This document shows, in pieces, positions 26,436 to 39,875 of a DNA stretch of 64,000 nt; positions within the stretch are counted from its first letter, which is position 1; the number at the start of each line of letters is the position of its first letter. Source of the DNA: Nageia nagi (taxonomy: Eukaryota; Plantae; Pinophyta); contig JBITNC010000001.1 in NCBI GenBank assembly GCA_050084985.1, positions 174,034,001 through 174,098,000 on the forward strand. Reading direction: 5' to 3'. A program made the translations under genes and the position numbers. The notes under the pieces were generated by a model that worked only from the letters and a program-made list of their open reading frames with translations, did no database searches and was not told where the DNA came from.

Positions 26436-26732
26436 CAAGTGTTAGACAAGGACACACTGAGCAAAGATGATAAGATGGGAGATGCTCAAGTTGACCTGAA
26501 ACCTCTGGTCACAGCTGTTAGGACAAGAGATGATGGGCATAATGCTAACTCTGATACTGAATTGTGCAGAGTGGTGGCATCCAAGGACAACTGTCTTGTA
26601 AGAGATAGTTGCATTCACCATGTTACTGGAAAGACGGTTCAAGAAGTATGTTTGAAGCTTCAGAATGTGGAGAGTGGTGAACTAGAATTGGAGCTCAAAT
26701 GGATTGATCTTTCCCAAGAGCTAAAAAGATGA
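26436..26732 (+). CDS. CAR: C2-domain ABA-related (CAR)-like protein, last exon
   Basis: TTTTTATGCAG acceptor; QVLDKDTLSKDDKMGDAQVDLKPL...DNCLVRDS...VQEVCLKLQNVESGELELELKWIDL...; TGA at 26730-26732. Has the Ca-binding D.D...DD.MG motif and the CAR signature insertion. Confidence 0.9.
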   Translation, partial: QVLDKDTLSKDDKMGDAQVDLKPLVTAVRTRDDGHNANSDTELCRVVASKDNCLVRDSCIHHVTGKTVQEVCLKLQNVESGELELELKWIDLSQELKR

Positions 26733-28784
26733 ATAGGGACTGTTTTTCACTATTAATATATAGATAATGTATGGTCGTTTAGTTGGTATACAGGTCATAG
26801 ACTGCCATGTATATTTTTTCGCTTTAGCTGCTTTAGAGCTCTTATAATTCCAAACTGGATTTGGGTGCTAGATAATGTTAATTTACTGAGCATTGTTTTA
26901 TGCTACTTGTATAAATGCATTATTCACAAGATAAAATACCTCGGTAGTTGCAAAATGCATCTGAATTATGTGTGCCAGGTGTAGGGGATGTGTGTAAACC
27001 TTCAGCCTTTTGATAGCATGAAAGTAATTTAATTTTGCCATTTTGTGTACTCAGAAGGAATTTTAAAGTCATGGATGAGTCCATATATGAAAGAGCTAAT
27101 TATTGCAAGTATTCAATTAAATCAATCTGACCATCAATATGCATTTAAACCTATATCATGATTACAAATGAATGTATTCAATGTGATTTTGCAATTTTTC
27201 GTATTTTCATTCATTTCATATGCAAACCTCATATTTTCAACCACCATCGGAGCCCTTAACTATCACTTCATATAGATACATAAAAATGTTTTCTTTGTTA
27301 TATTTCCATGTATTGATCCATCGAGTGTTTGGTGTGCATAAAATCACAGAGAGCATAATTGACAAGGTAATAGGCGGAGAATTTAGCTTTTAAGTTTTAA
27401 GTTTTCATCGTGCATGAGTTCAATGCAAAGATTCTAACATGAATGGTTGAATCTTCTTTTTTTCCCTCTTAATTTAAGAGTTGTAATTTTGGTTTCTCAA
27501 GATTAAGATTACAAGGAATATCCTAGTGTAGAATCTTATAGAACAAAGGATTCCTCATCATCAAGGTGCCATTCATATTGATTACCCTTTGTTCTTTGGG
27601 GGATACTTTGGTTTCCATTTCAACTATTCATTTGTAACTCTCATATGATGTTTCAAAGGTGGTCATAGAATTATTGTATAAGGTGTATTATTAGCTGGGA
27701 AAAAAATTAATGGGTGTGGATTTGAGTAGAGTCGGATGTAACAAGTGGATGTTAGTTAATGAGACATGTCAATATGGATGTAAACACAAAGTTGAAGATC
27801 ATAGGGTTTGTCTTGTTATGAAGGGATATTGGAATGACTGAAGTTGGTGTATGATGACTTATATTTATTTGGTTTGAACCATTAGCATATTTGTTTGGTT
27901 TGGGTCATTATTTATATATGAATATATTAATAATGGTAATATGAGCCATTTGTATCATTGTCAAATATTTCTTTAATTCTTTTAATATTGATGAAAATGT
28001 TGAGATTGATCCTCTTGACGTGGTTTGAAGATATATCCTCTCAAAATGGTGATTGTATTTGAGGATTATTAATTGTTATTTACATTATGCTATTCATTGA
28101 ATCTATTGCAAAGTAGGATGTATTTGTTATTTTTTTGTAAATTGTTTGGTTGTATCATTCTAACCGGTATCAAAGCAATCATCTTCTTACTTGTGGGAAG
28201 TGAAAAATTAATAAAATAAAAATTGCTACAGGCAAATTACGTAGCTATGTAAATTCTTAATAGGTTAGATTTGCAATTTTGAATAATTATTTTTCAATGT
28301 CATCCATAATTTTATATGAATTAAATTTTGAATGTTGTGGCCAATAAGATATTAGGTCAACAATATCTTTCCATCCACAAATAATTAAGCAAAACCATTT
28401 GAACTAGAGGTGAAAATAAAAAAATTTTAGGTTAAATTTTTTACCCTTAGAAGAGATCTATACCATTTTGTTTGTCTTGATGATATGATTGCAACAATAT
28501 ATATCACCCCCTCATTTGAAAGTTGCAATGACTTTTGGGACTTAAATCCACCAAAAAGATAGAAATAACTTACCATACAATTGGAAAGATTTTAAGGAGG
28601 ATCCAATGATGAAGAACAATAAGAACATTAGCCTAAAAGAAATTGGCAATCATGATCTAGGTAAACAAGCATGAGTGAGATATGGAAGATCACGATTAGA
28701 GGTTTATGATTCAACTCTAGGATAAGACAACTAAGAAATAAATCATTTAATAAAAAAATGAATGGTATGAAAACAAGGTTGTAA

Positions 28785-29093
28785 TAAATGGATGAGGGTA
28801 TGTAAGATATAGGAAAAATAGTTCACAAAATATTGAACATTTGAATCTCAATTTAGACTTACAAGAAGATGAGAGAACTAAAAAGTAAAAAGAAAAAGAA
28901 AGAACAGTAGATGCAAGATCAAGATATAGGAAACTAAATGTGCAATATAATAAATGGATGAGGGTACACAATGTATAGGAAAAGTAGTTTACAAAATCTT
29001 CAACATTTGAATCTTAGTTCATACTTACCAAAAAATGAGAAAGAACTAAAAGTGAAATAAAAAAGAACAATAGATACAAGATCAAGGCATTAG
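28785..29093. repeat. ~167-bp imperfect tandem duplication in a decayed repeat region
   Basis: TAAATGGATGAGGGTA...AACATTTGAATCT...GAACTAAAA...CAAGATCAAG occurs twice. A degenerate PBS-like GGTATCAAAGC lies upstream at 28166. Confidence 0.7.
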
Positions 29094-30749
29094 CATAATC
29101 TTCTCAAATGATGTGATTTAAAAGAATATTTTGAAGTTAAAGATCACCAATTAAAAATTTGAAAGGCACTTATTATAATTATGTCAAGAGGATGGTTTTG
29201 TTATTAGATTTTATGGAGATCTTAATTCAAATAATTTTTCAAAAATATTATTTTTTCCCAAGGGAATTCTAATTCTAAATTCAATTAGTCATGATTTTTG
29301 TGTGAAAAGCCTAGGTGATGCATCATAAAGATGGAGATAAATGTGAGATTTCATAATCTACCAACTTCAGGTAAAGTTTTCTTAGCAACAACCTCCTTTA
29401 ACTCAAAACCACTTATATTGTTCATTGGAGCATTAAGAAGATTCAATATAGTTCCACTTATATGGTTAATTGGAGCATTAAAAAGATCCCATATAGTTCC
29501 CCTACGAGCACAACAAAAAAATGATTTTGATGAAATATGATTATGGAGTTTCAACTTCTTACATGGTGCAATCAATGGAAACTACACAAATAGGATCTAT
29601 AACTAGTACTCTTAAATTTTCAAGAAATTTAGATTAAAATACTATTTTGGCAACTTTAAAAAATAGATTTAAAGAAGATATAAATAATAAAGTAAGTAGG
29701 TCTTATTTAAGGTCCTTGGTAGAAATGAACATGGTATCTAAAGTATTAGAAAATTAGATGGAATTTCAAGAGCTTTAAATTAGAAAAAACAAAAGGAGAC
29801 ATAAGTTTAAGAACAAAAACATTGACATGGCTTAAGGATGGTGAAATTTTGAAGCCAAAAACTAATAAACAACATTCATGAACATTCAACAATGCATAAG
29901 TAACACAATGAAACAAAAATATAGAACAATGAAGCTTTCAATATTATTCAGTATTCAATGGATCTTCAATGATACACCAAATATGGAAAATCAACCTCAA
30001 GAAGTGCAAAAATGATCCAACTCTATATATAATCATGGATCATGGAGAATCAATCCAGAATGAAAAATGATCTAACTATTTTTCTTGTGATTAGAATCAG
30101 GTAAATTGATATTAATAAAAAATAGAGTTTTGAAAGGGTCTCTGTCCCTTTTACAAAATTGTTTCATACACAAATATATTGTATGTATGTAGAAACTTCC
30201 TTTTCCACAAATATAACAATACACAATAAATAACTTCCTTAAGGAAAACATTACATAAAAACACAACTATTCTAATACTATTTAATTGAAATATAGAGAA
30301 AAATGTAGCATTAACTCCCTTTTGGCTTGTATGAACTTATTGGTTTGGGCATGAAGATGATATTTCTATTAAATTCTACAAATTGTTACCCAATGGTGGG
30401 GTTCTAACCAGGGAAACAAAGTGGGTGTACCATCCTTTTTCTTGAAACTAAGATTATTGTAATTGTACTTATAAATTTTTTTGTAGATTCTTCTAAGTCT
30501 AGGTAGAAGGCAACTCATTGCTTGGCTAACTGATTGATTCATTAGCCAAGCAACTGGTTCAAAGCTTGCACTTGGTTTACCTTCTGACTCTATCACCTAT
30601 GCCAACATTTGATTATGAATCAAGTAACTTTAAGGCATCCTTAAAGCTTGTATTTTTTGCCTCATTTTTGATTTTGATTGTTGAATAGTTTTGTTTTCAT
30701 TGCTATTTCATTTCGTTATCATTCTTAGTGTCTATTCCATAGTCTAAGA

Positions 30750-31828
30750 TAGATATTGTGTCAATACTAAAGCCAATTTCTCCTTCTTCCTTTCTTGTGC
30801 TTCCACTTTGTTTTCCTTTGGAGGCTCAATTTCTTGGGTTTATCTCCTTCCTCTTACTTTCTACTTTCTATGTTTTCCTCAATTATAGTTAGGGATCCTT
30901 CCTGTTATTCGTTTCCTTTTGTACCATTATCCTCCAATACTTTCATACCTGATGCATTTGAGGTCCCAATAGCCTCCTTTTTTAAATCTTCTCTTCTTCA
31001 ATTTGGGTATGTATTGACTCTAGTGTTGGTAGAGTTGGTCATTGGGTAACTTACTATGTCATGCATCCCTTATTCCACTCCCAACAAGGACATATAGTTG
31101 TACTCCCTCTATAGTCCCATAGATCGATCTTGGTCTCTCGTGGACATTAATAAAAATTTCCATTTTTTTTTCCAAGGAGTATCTTCCTCATTATCTTTAC
31201 TACCCAAATTCGCATTGGGATCATTTTGGACTTGATTTGCTAAATGTTTGTCATAGAAAAACTTAATTTGATGAAGAGGAAGGTCCTCTTAGTTGTTATT
31301 TACTTACTATATTGATACTTACATTGAGTGATAGATGAAGAAAGCCATATTAACCCTCTCATCTACATACTTGAAATGGTTTAGGAGCCCAAAATGGAAC
31401 GAGATAATCTCTTTGTGGCATCCATCCAAAGAGATATACTTCATAATTTGAACCATTACCTTATCCCATGGGTGAGGCAAGGTTTCCCTATAATACTAGT
31501 TTGGTATTTTTTTCACCTTAATATTTGTGCCTTGAAAATGCAACATCTCCTCAACATTACATGCCTGTGCATTTCTTTTCAGCTCCTTACCTTGGTTTGT
31601 CAACAATATGGCCTATGAGATGGTCTTTGGATTAAATGTGATGGCTTTCCATGAATTTTGCGTACTCCACTTTCCCACATATTTCCTACATATATTGAAA
31701 GCTTAGGATCAAAATCCTTGCATGTCTCCATAAATTGTTGCATGCCCCCTCGACATAGGATTTACTTCTTGAACTCTCCTAGCATTTCGTATATCAATGG
31801 GTTTAGTGAACACTAGATCCCCTCCCAT
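30750..31828 (-). pseudogene. Decayed accessory ORF of an LTR retrotransposon (uncharacterised, env-like position)
   Basis: Minus-strand MGGDLVFTKP..., GGMQQFMETCKDFDPKLS and LPHPWDKVMVQIMKYISLDGCHKEIISFHFGLLNHFKYVDERVNMAFFIYHSM. Downstream PPT-like GCCAAAAGGGAG on the minus strand at ~30315-30326. Confidence 0.5.
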
Positions 31829-31999
31829 TTTCTTACTCTAATTGATGCCCTAGAGAGGCTATATTTTTATTCTAACCCAAAAACTATGATATTGCTAGGT
31901 ATTTAACTAGTTTAGGGTGGCAACTAGGGGATAACACCATAATAAGTGCTTTAAATGTTTAAAGCACTATCGCCTACAGTTACATACTACTCAAAATCA

Positions 32000-33320
32000 A
32001 AAGATGAACTATGACCTGGAGTTACAAGTTGCATTTTAAATATGCACAAACCTTATCTATATACGCATAGGCTTTTACATTATATATGCATGGGTTATTT
32101 ACAATACTTGATATACGTAAATGATATCTCCATGATATACACATAGGATATCTGCATGTTGTAACCACCCAAAATGAGACTAGATATACACATGATGTTA
32201 CTAATTGATATGTGCACATAATTTAGTAACTAATATACGCATAAGGAATAAAGCAATATACACACATCATTTATGACTGTTATACCACAAATAAAACAAA
32301 GTTGATTCAAGTTTGGCAAATTAGTTTCCAACATTCTCCCCCTTAATGTTTAGAGGGTTCACCAATGACTTTCTCAACTTGAAAAATTGATCTTTAGCCA
32401 TCCCTTTCATGAAGACATCTGCAAGTTAATCATGGGTGCTACAATACCTTAGTTCAATCTGTTTCTTCTCCACCATGTCTTGAATGAAATGATACTTCAA
32501 ATCAAAGTACTTTGATCTTCTATGGTGTACTATGTTGTGTGCCAACTGAATAGTACTAATGTTGTTACATAAAATTAAAGTTGGTTATTCTTATTTCTCA
32601 CCAATATCCTCCAACATCTTCCTAAGGCATAATACTTGTGCTCCTACTAATGTAACTATAATATACTCAAACTCAATTGAAGAGAGTGCCATTGGTCCTT
32701 GATTCCTTGAACTCCAAGTGATAAACCCTGAACCAAGTGAGAAACAATTCTTGGATGTATACTTTTTATCATCAAAATTACTTCCCAAATCTAATTTGCT
32801 AAAACCAAATAAATTCATCATCTTAGTATGAGAGTAACGAATCCAAAAATTAATGGTTCTACATACATACCTCAAAATCCTCTTTGCAACCTTCATGTGC
32901 AAGACTGAAGGTTCACTCACAGACCTTGATATTAATGAGATAACATAGGCAAATCAAGCCTAGTGTTGGTAAGAAACATGAGACTCCCAATAATGTTCCT
33001 ATAGTTTATCACATTCACCTTATCTACCCCATCTTCTTTGCATAATAACTCTCCATAACATATGGTAGTAGGAATTGGTTTGTAATTCTTTATCTTGTAC
33101 TTATTCAACATGTATTTTGTATATTTGGTTTGACAAATGAATATTTAGTTCTTACTTTGGTGCACCTCCATGCCAAGAAAGTAATGCATCAAACCCAAAT
33201 ATTTCATTTCAAGCTCTCTTATCATGGTACCCTTGAAATTGTCATTCAATTTGGAACTACTACGCATGTAAATCAAGTCATCAACATACAAGCACATAGG
33301 ACATATTTTTAGTGTTCTTC
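32000..33320 (-). mobile_element. Ty1/copia fragment: RT C-terminus, RNase H, PPT and 3' LTR
   Basis: CLYVDDL (~33275-33295); LGSGFITWSSRNQ...ALSSIEFEY; PPT AAGGGGGAGAA (reverse complement at 32334-32344) followed by TGTTGG at 32333. The left LTR end is approximate. Confidence 0.8.
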
Positions 33321-34719
33321 TAAATAAATGTTATTGTTTGCCTCACTCCACCCATTATGATCTACCATTGTGAACTACCCATCTTGTCCATCATAAACAT
33401 CCATATGTTCCCTTTCCCACTGCTCTCACCTACTCCTCACACATACATTATTTCCTTTCACTACTCTCCTTCTTGTTTTCCCATTCCCTCCTCTAGCATT
33501 CTTATCTTCTCCATCCTCCCCTCCTTCTTCCCTATTTTACATGCCGATGTAAAATTATTTTACAAGCATCACGTAACAGAAAGGTTATTGGCAAAAAAAT
33601 CATGGATGAAGATTAATCCAAAAGCAACAAAAAAACATGGTAAAGAAGTATAATTATTTTAGTTTAGTATTATGATCAAATTTATATCAAAAGTAGCTTT
33701 TTATTTCAAAGAGTTTGATAAGAGTTTTTTGACTAATTAATAATTGAAGACTGTTATGCTTGTTTGATGAATATTTTTTGAGTTCTTTTCTAGTCCATAC
33801 CACCCCTGCTAAATGTGTATTGTTTGCTTAATTTCTACTCTTTATTTCTTGACTATTCTAATTCTTTAAAATAGCCAACAAAGGGGGCAAAATGTTATAA
33901 AAATTACAACTTACATTAAGTAGGGAAGTTATTTTTGAATACCTAAGGTTTTTGATAAGTTTGAATCATTTTAGAGGTGTTCAAAATGGTATCAAAATGA
34001 TGAAGGTGAACTTTCTTGAAGCTCTAAAACTTCATTTTGTAAAAACTTTTCCTAGAGCCTAATGGTTTTCTTCATTGGTAAATTTTCCCAGTGTACGAAA
34101 ACCCTCAAGTTAGATGAACTTTCTCAAAGTGCAGAAAACTTGTAATTTCATAATGTTTCCTCCCAAAATACAACCAAATTGCTACAAGGCATTTTCTTAA
34201 AAGGACTGCAAACTAATGATCTATTAAGTCACATTCTACTTTCTCAAAGCCCAACCGTTCCATATCATGATGAACTTTCTTGAAGTTTGACGATATTCTT
34301 CAGGATCTACTGGAGTCAACAAAAACACTTTTCATTGGCCTAAATATCAATAGTCTCAATTATACTTCTCGAATTTCGACAAATTTGTATAAATATTGTA
34401 AAACTCAAATAAACTCCTGACATTTTATCGCTCTTATGTAAACAAGATTTCCCAGTTGCTCCTAGGCATTAAAGACAAAATACAATTATCATTAGAGAAA
34501 ATTTAGGGAATTACAACTATAGTGCCAAGCTATGATTTATATATTTTTATATATTTCATAGTTTTGTTATTTCAGTTAGTTGAATATAAGTTGTAATATT
34601 AAATACTTTTATAGATATTCATGTTGTAGTTAGTAGATATTTTTTAAATATGAAGTTATATATACAACTCAAATTGATGTAATCAAGAGGTTGGATCTCT
34701 CAACATTTGGTCCTTAGTA

Positions 34720-35640
34720 ATAGAATATTTGTTCTTTCATACCAAATTAAGTATGATGGGTATTTATCCTTTTATTTCTTCATATGGTCTTTGGATGGCT
34801 TAAATGGTTGCATCATTCGTGTGTTTCCTATTTTCTTAAGACCATCAAATGAAATATCTATGATTGCAGTCTCAGCTCTCTTGCCACTGATTCAAATGGA
34901 TAGTAACATCAAGGGGGCTATGAGATTGGAGTCCTTCCCCATGGTTTCGATAATATTATCAGAAGCCTGGGTTGGTCTCGAGCAACACCATTTCCCTCTT
35001 TTTCATGTACTCTTAACCTTGTTTTTCTTTCAAACATAGTTTTCCTCCCATTTTACAATGGATAAGGCTCCATCTTGATAAAATCAAATATAGGAATTGA
35101 AGATCAAATTCTCTCCCCTATCTATGAAGAGTCTTTTAATAGGTTTACATCTTTGTCTTTGGGAAGTAGACCTCATGATTCATAGTTCCAAGAGCTTTAA
35201 AGAATGGGTAAAATTATCTTATCTATGAGGTAAAAATCTCATTTGGATTGAACATCTTGTAAAATGATGTACAATCTTATTGGTTAAAGACCTGAGCATG
35301 TCCATCCTAGATAAAATCAGATTATAGAGAATTTAAGATCCTAGTTAATTTTTTGTCTATGGAAAATATCTTAAGAAGGTTATGTCTCTATTCCAAAGAT
35401 ACCGATCTTTGGGATCTTAGATTTCCAAACCAAAAGCCACTCATGAACGATTGAATTCCTCAAGAACATTTATCTCTGATGTTCTCAGAGTTTCTATCAA
35501 TCACTAGATCATCGTTTTATCTATGAACTATGATCACTCAATTGCTAAAAGGCTCATCAGGAACTGTACTGGACATAAAATACTAGAGGTTGAACTGGCT
35601 AAATACCAATTCATCTAAGGAAAGTTGGCTTGTAATCATG
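34720..35640 (-). mobile_element. Decayed LINE (L1-like ORF2 C-terminal region)
   Basis: Minus-strand YLIWYERTNI (W.IW.ERN motif) at ~34725-34755 and an AETAI zf-RVT-like remnant at ~34860-34875. Confidence 0.4.
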
Positions 35641-36210
35641 AACAAATATGATAATCCCCCACAACAACGTTGAATTGCATTTTTGGGATCAATAATAGAA
35701 TATTATTAAATTTTATAAAATTAGATAGGGCACATCACCATTTAAGATTTAGAAAGCATAAACAAGAATGTTTGAACCTTATTGATAGTAATCCTCAAAT
35801 TATGTAATCTTATTGAAATGCAAATTATATCTATGATGAAATGGATTCAAATATATAATGACCAAGCTCTAAGTTCATCACCATTTGGATCATTTGTCCT
35901 AAATATCTTAGAAAAATATTGTTGTCGATTTTGTGATAATACTCAACACCATCATTATTTTCCTTTTAGTAATATTAAATGAAACACATAAAATAGAAAG
36001 TATTCAATAGCAAGAGAGCATAACAATTCCAAGTCTAATTGGTGTTGATGGTCTTCATTGAGAGAGAGATATGAACAATGTTCTTAATGTTGAGCTATTA
36101 AGCTTAAATTCGATAATCATTATCATGCCTTACTCCTCCTTTTATACCTCACAAAATGAAAAGAAGAGTATTAGTTGACATCCTAAGAATATAATATGAT
36201 AATGACAATA

Positions 36211-37228
36211 GGGTGAAAGCAATAAATTGAGTCCACTTGAAGGGGAAGTGAGCAAAGTTAAAACTCAATGTTGAAAAAATCAGGATCCTGATGTAGGTTC
36301 GAGATTACAATATTTGAAACTATAATACATGCATTTTCTTAGCATTAAATAATGAGATCCCAATATATATCAAGATCTTGATATTTGAATCTCCAATTTA
36401 GCCTTAGTTTTCGGCTCGAGAAAGGCTTGGTGAGCCAACCCTTAGCCTTGGACCGTATGTGTTCATGGTAATTTTAATGGAAAATCACAACTTCGAGCAT
36501 ATGTTTGATGGAATTTTTGTAAGAATTTTTTCATGAAATTAAAACCTATTATAGATTAAAGAGTATAGATTTCAAATACAATTTTTTTGCAATTGGATAA
36601 GATTTTATGTTTTTCAATTATTTTTAGTAAGTGGTCCATATACTTGAAATATTATGGTATCTTATTTTCTTAATAAATTTTTATTTTTTAAGAGTTTTGA
36701 AAAAAAATTATATAGGGATAAGCTTTAGAGAATCCTCTATGAAGAAAAAAAAAGAAAATTGAAAAAAGATTAAGTTTAGGTCAAATTATGTGTGATGAAC
36801 ACGAGCACTTTTCAAAAACACAAACATGATCGATATAAAATTAATTAAAAAAATAATGAAAAAGATATGAAAAAATATCTAGTACAAGCTTCAGTGTCTT
36901 AGGTATCTATGCCTAAAATGATTTTAAAATATACATTGATTTTGGTCAAATTATGCATGACGGATATGTGCATGGTATGGTCCTAAACTGATATATTTTA
37001 AAAAGTGGTTTTTGCTCATCAAAATTTAATTTCTATCATTTGGGTATTGGAATAAATTATATATTTGAAAATTAGACTCCGAGCACTACATTTTCACAGT
37101 GGTGACCTTGTTCATGATTCTATATCTAAGTGCTTCAAATTTTGAAATCAATCATGCCCAAACTTGAAAATCAAGGAAAACACTTCTACTTTTTGGCCAT
37201 AAAGTGGACTGAACTTCTTGCACTCATC
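36211..37228. mobile_element. Non-autonomous Mutator-like DNA transposon (1018 bp)
   Basis: 28-bp imperfect TIRs: GGGTGAAAGCAATAAATTGAGTCCACTT versus reverse complement GGATGAGTGCAAGAAGTTCAGTCCACTT (22/28). Flanks AATGACAATA / AATACCAATA (8/10). Confidence 0.7.
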
Positions 37229-37684
37229 CAATACCAATATAATTAAAGATATAATCATAATTAAGAATGTTTAACCTTGATTAGCAAGTTATTAACACAT
37301 TAGCCTTGATATTTGAACAATATAAATAATATTTCACTTAAATACCATAAATATGATTTTATGATAAATAGAAAACCATTTTTAGATGTATACACTCATA
37401 AACTAAAACATTATCTTTTACCTACCCACCCTTATACACACCAAATTTCCTTATAGATAGGTCAAAGCTACCTCTATGCACTTACCCCACCTTGCATATG
37501 GAATCAAAGATTGCATAGATTTTTTGAAACATGCATAAATATTTTGACATGTTTTTTTGATGCTAATAATCATTGACATCACCTCCCTCGTATCTACCTC
37601 AAACATCTCATAGTATTTGCTCAACTACAAACATGAAGCCCTCCATCATCCCCCTTGATTCTTCAATACTAGATGACATATTAA

Positions 37685-38530
37685 GGTTGAAACATTTTAA
37701 TTAAATCATTATTTCTCGACTAAGTTTTGACACTTGTTTGATCATTTGGTCATCATGTTTTTTTTTTAGATCATCACATTTTTAGGCTTGAAAGTTTATG
37801 ATATGTTAATGCATATTGTATCCTAATGTATCTTTCACATGTTCTTTAAAAACTTAGATTACATTTTGTGTTATCCTAATTATGTTTTAGATATTTTCTA
37901 AATGAAGATTTATATCCTCCTTCTACTTCCTTGAAATATGAAATAAAACTCTACTTTAGTTTTTTTCATATTCTAATGAGCACAAAATGTAGAAATTTAA
38001 AATATAGTCTTTGGTAATTTAATTTGTCTAACTTAACTAAGGAACCATCTTATTTAATATTCTAATATAAAATTGCTAAATATCTAGTAAAACTTAAGGA
38101 TTCTATGCATATTTAGGCCTATGTCTTGTAGAATTATTATAGGTGGCATATGAAGGTTGCAACAGTTTAATTCAAGCATTATTTTTCAACTAAGTTTTCA
38201 TGCTTCTTTGGTCGTTTGGTCATCATCAGGTTTTTTTAAGATCATTACATTTTTAGTCTTGAAAGTTTATGACATGTTAATACATATGCCACCATCCCTA
38301 AGCATTTTTCATATGTTTGAAAACTTAGATTGCATTTTGTATTATTCCTAAGTGTGCTTTGTAGATTTTCTTAATGAAGACTTGTATTCTTTTTCTACTT
38401 ACTTGAAACATGAACAAAGACTCCAATAAGCTAAAATATAGTTATTTAAAATAGTCGTTGATTATATTTGTCTAACTTAACTAATGTACCATCTCATTTA
38501 ATATTTTACTATGAAATTGCTAATATCTAT
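37685..38530. repeat. Diverged direct duplication with ~470-bp period
   Basis: ACTAAGTTTT...GGTCATCAT...CTTGAAAGTTTATGA...TTTGTCTAACTTAACTAA...GAAATTGCTAA-like blocks at ~37710-38085 and ~38180-38530. Confidence 0.8.
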
Positions 38531-39084
38531 AAGAAAACTCTACTTGCTTGATTAAATGTTGACTCTTTAAAAAAAATCAATTTAGATATTTTTACACAAG
38601 TGTACTATAAAAAGCATATTACAATTATGTGCAATTTTTTCTTTCACAATCTATTTGTTCATATTCCTATCTATAGATTTAAGAAGTCACAACTCGTCTT
38701 CCACATTTTTATAGATATTATTGTAATATTCAACAAATTGGCAGTGCATTCTTTCATGGTTATAAAACTTCATGGAACCATTAAATATTATCAAAAGATT
38801 GTTGTTATTTTTTCTAAATATTTTTTTATTGCTTTTAGATTTTTACATCATTATATCAAATCAAACTTTTATTAATGTATTTTCTTTTATGCGAATTTTA
38901 TTTTCTTCATTTTGATTACTTAAACAAAAATTCCAAATTTGACCATTCATCAATTATTGCGAAGTAAAACCTCAATAATCCTCATCTAATTACAAATAAT
39001 TCTCACATTTAATCTTTTTATCACAAAATTTTAAAAATCAAAATTTAATCCAAATCAAATATTATTCCTCTCACTTTTATTAAA

Positions 39085-39634
39085 GGAAAACTCTATCTTT
39101 CGGTCAAAATTGCACACATATTATGGGTATATGTCCATCTTGCCACCACCACCTACCCCTCAAATGCTCCACTCATCTACCGGTCGTGAATAAATGCTCA
39201 CAAGAAGATATGGACAAACACCCACAATTAGATATGGACAAATGCCCGCAATTAGATATATGCTTCATATAAAAAAAAATATAATTCATTGCATGTCGTG
39301 TCCGACTAGATGGTGTAATCGCTAGTGCATTGCACACAATCTTTAGATGTTGGGTGCAATGCACTAGCCATTACATCATCTAGTCAAACACAACATGGAA
39401 TAAATTATATATTTTTTATATTACACATATATTTAATAATAAGTGTTTGTCCATATGTAATTGTCTAATTGTGAGCATTTATCCATTTATGATTGTAGAT
39501 GTTTGTCTATTTCTAATTGTGATCGTTTGTTTACAAGCTATGGATAAATAAAATATTTAAGTGACGAATAATGGGGAAGGATCAAACATACACCCACAAT
39601 CTTATATAATTTTGACCAAAAGATAAAATTTTCC
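39085..39634. mobile_element. Fold-back Mutator-like MITE (550 bp)
   Basis: GGAAAA...TTTTCC ends; complementarity extends to a central hairpin at ~39292-39397; 9-bp TSD TTTATTAAA / TTTATCAAA. Confidence 0.85.
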
Positions 39635-39875
39635 TTTATCAAATGTACAACCTCCAATCAACTTGTTATAATCAAATGTATGACAAATATAACTCTATAT
39701 CTAGATAATTAGATACCTTCCCAGCCAGACAAAAATCATATATAATATTTGAAAAAATTAAATTGGCTCGTAAACTTTTTTGCGGCTACTGAGGGAAGCA
39801 CATTTTGAGGGGATAAGTTGTATATGGCCATTCATTAACGTTAGATTCGAATGCATCAGAAAAGCCAGCATTGTA

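Noticed and set aside
39780-39875. N-terminal extension of CRR6 in the ORF track
   Set aside because: Starts at a non-ATG codon; ATG 39876 begins a typical transit peptide.
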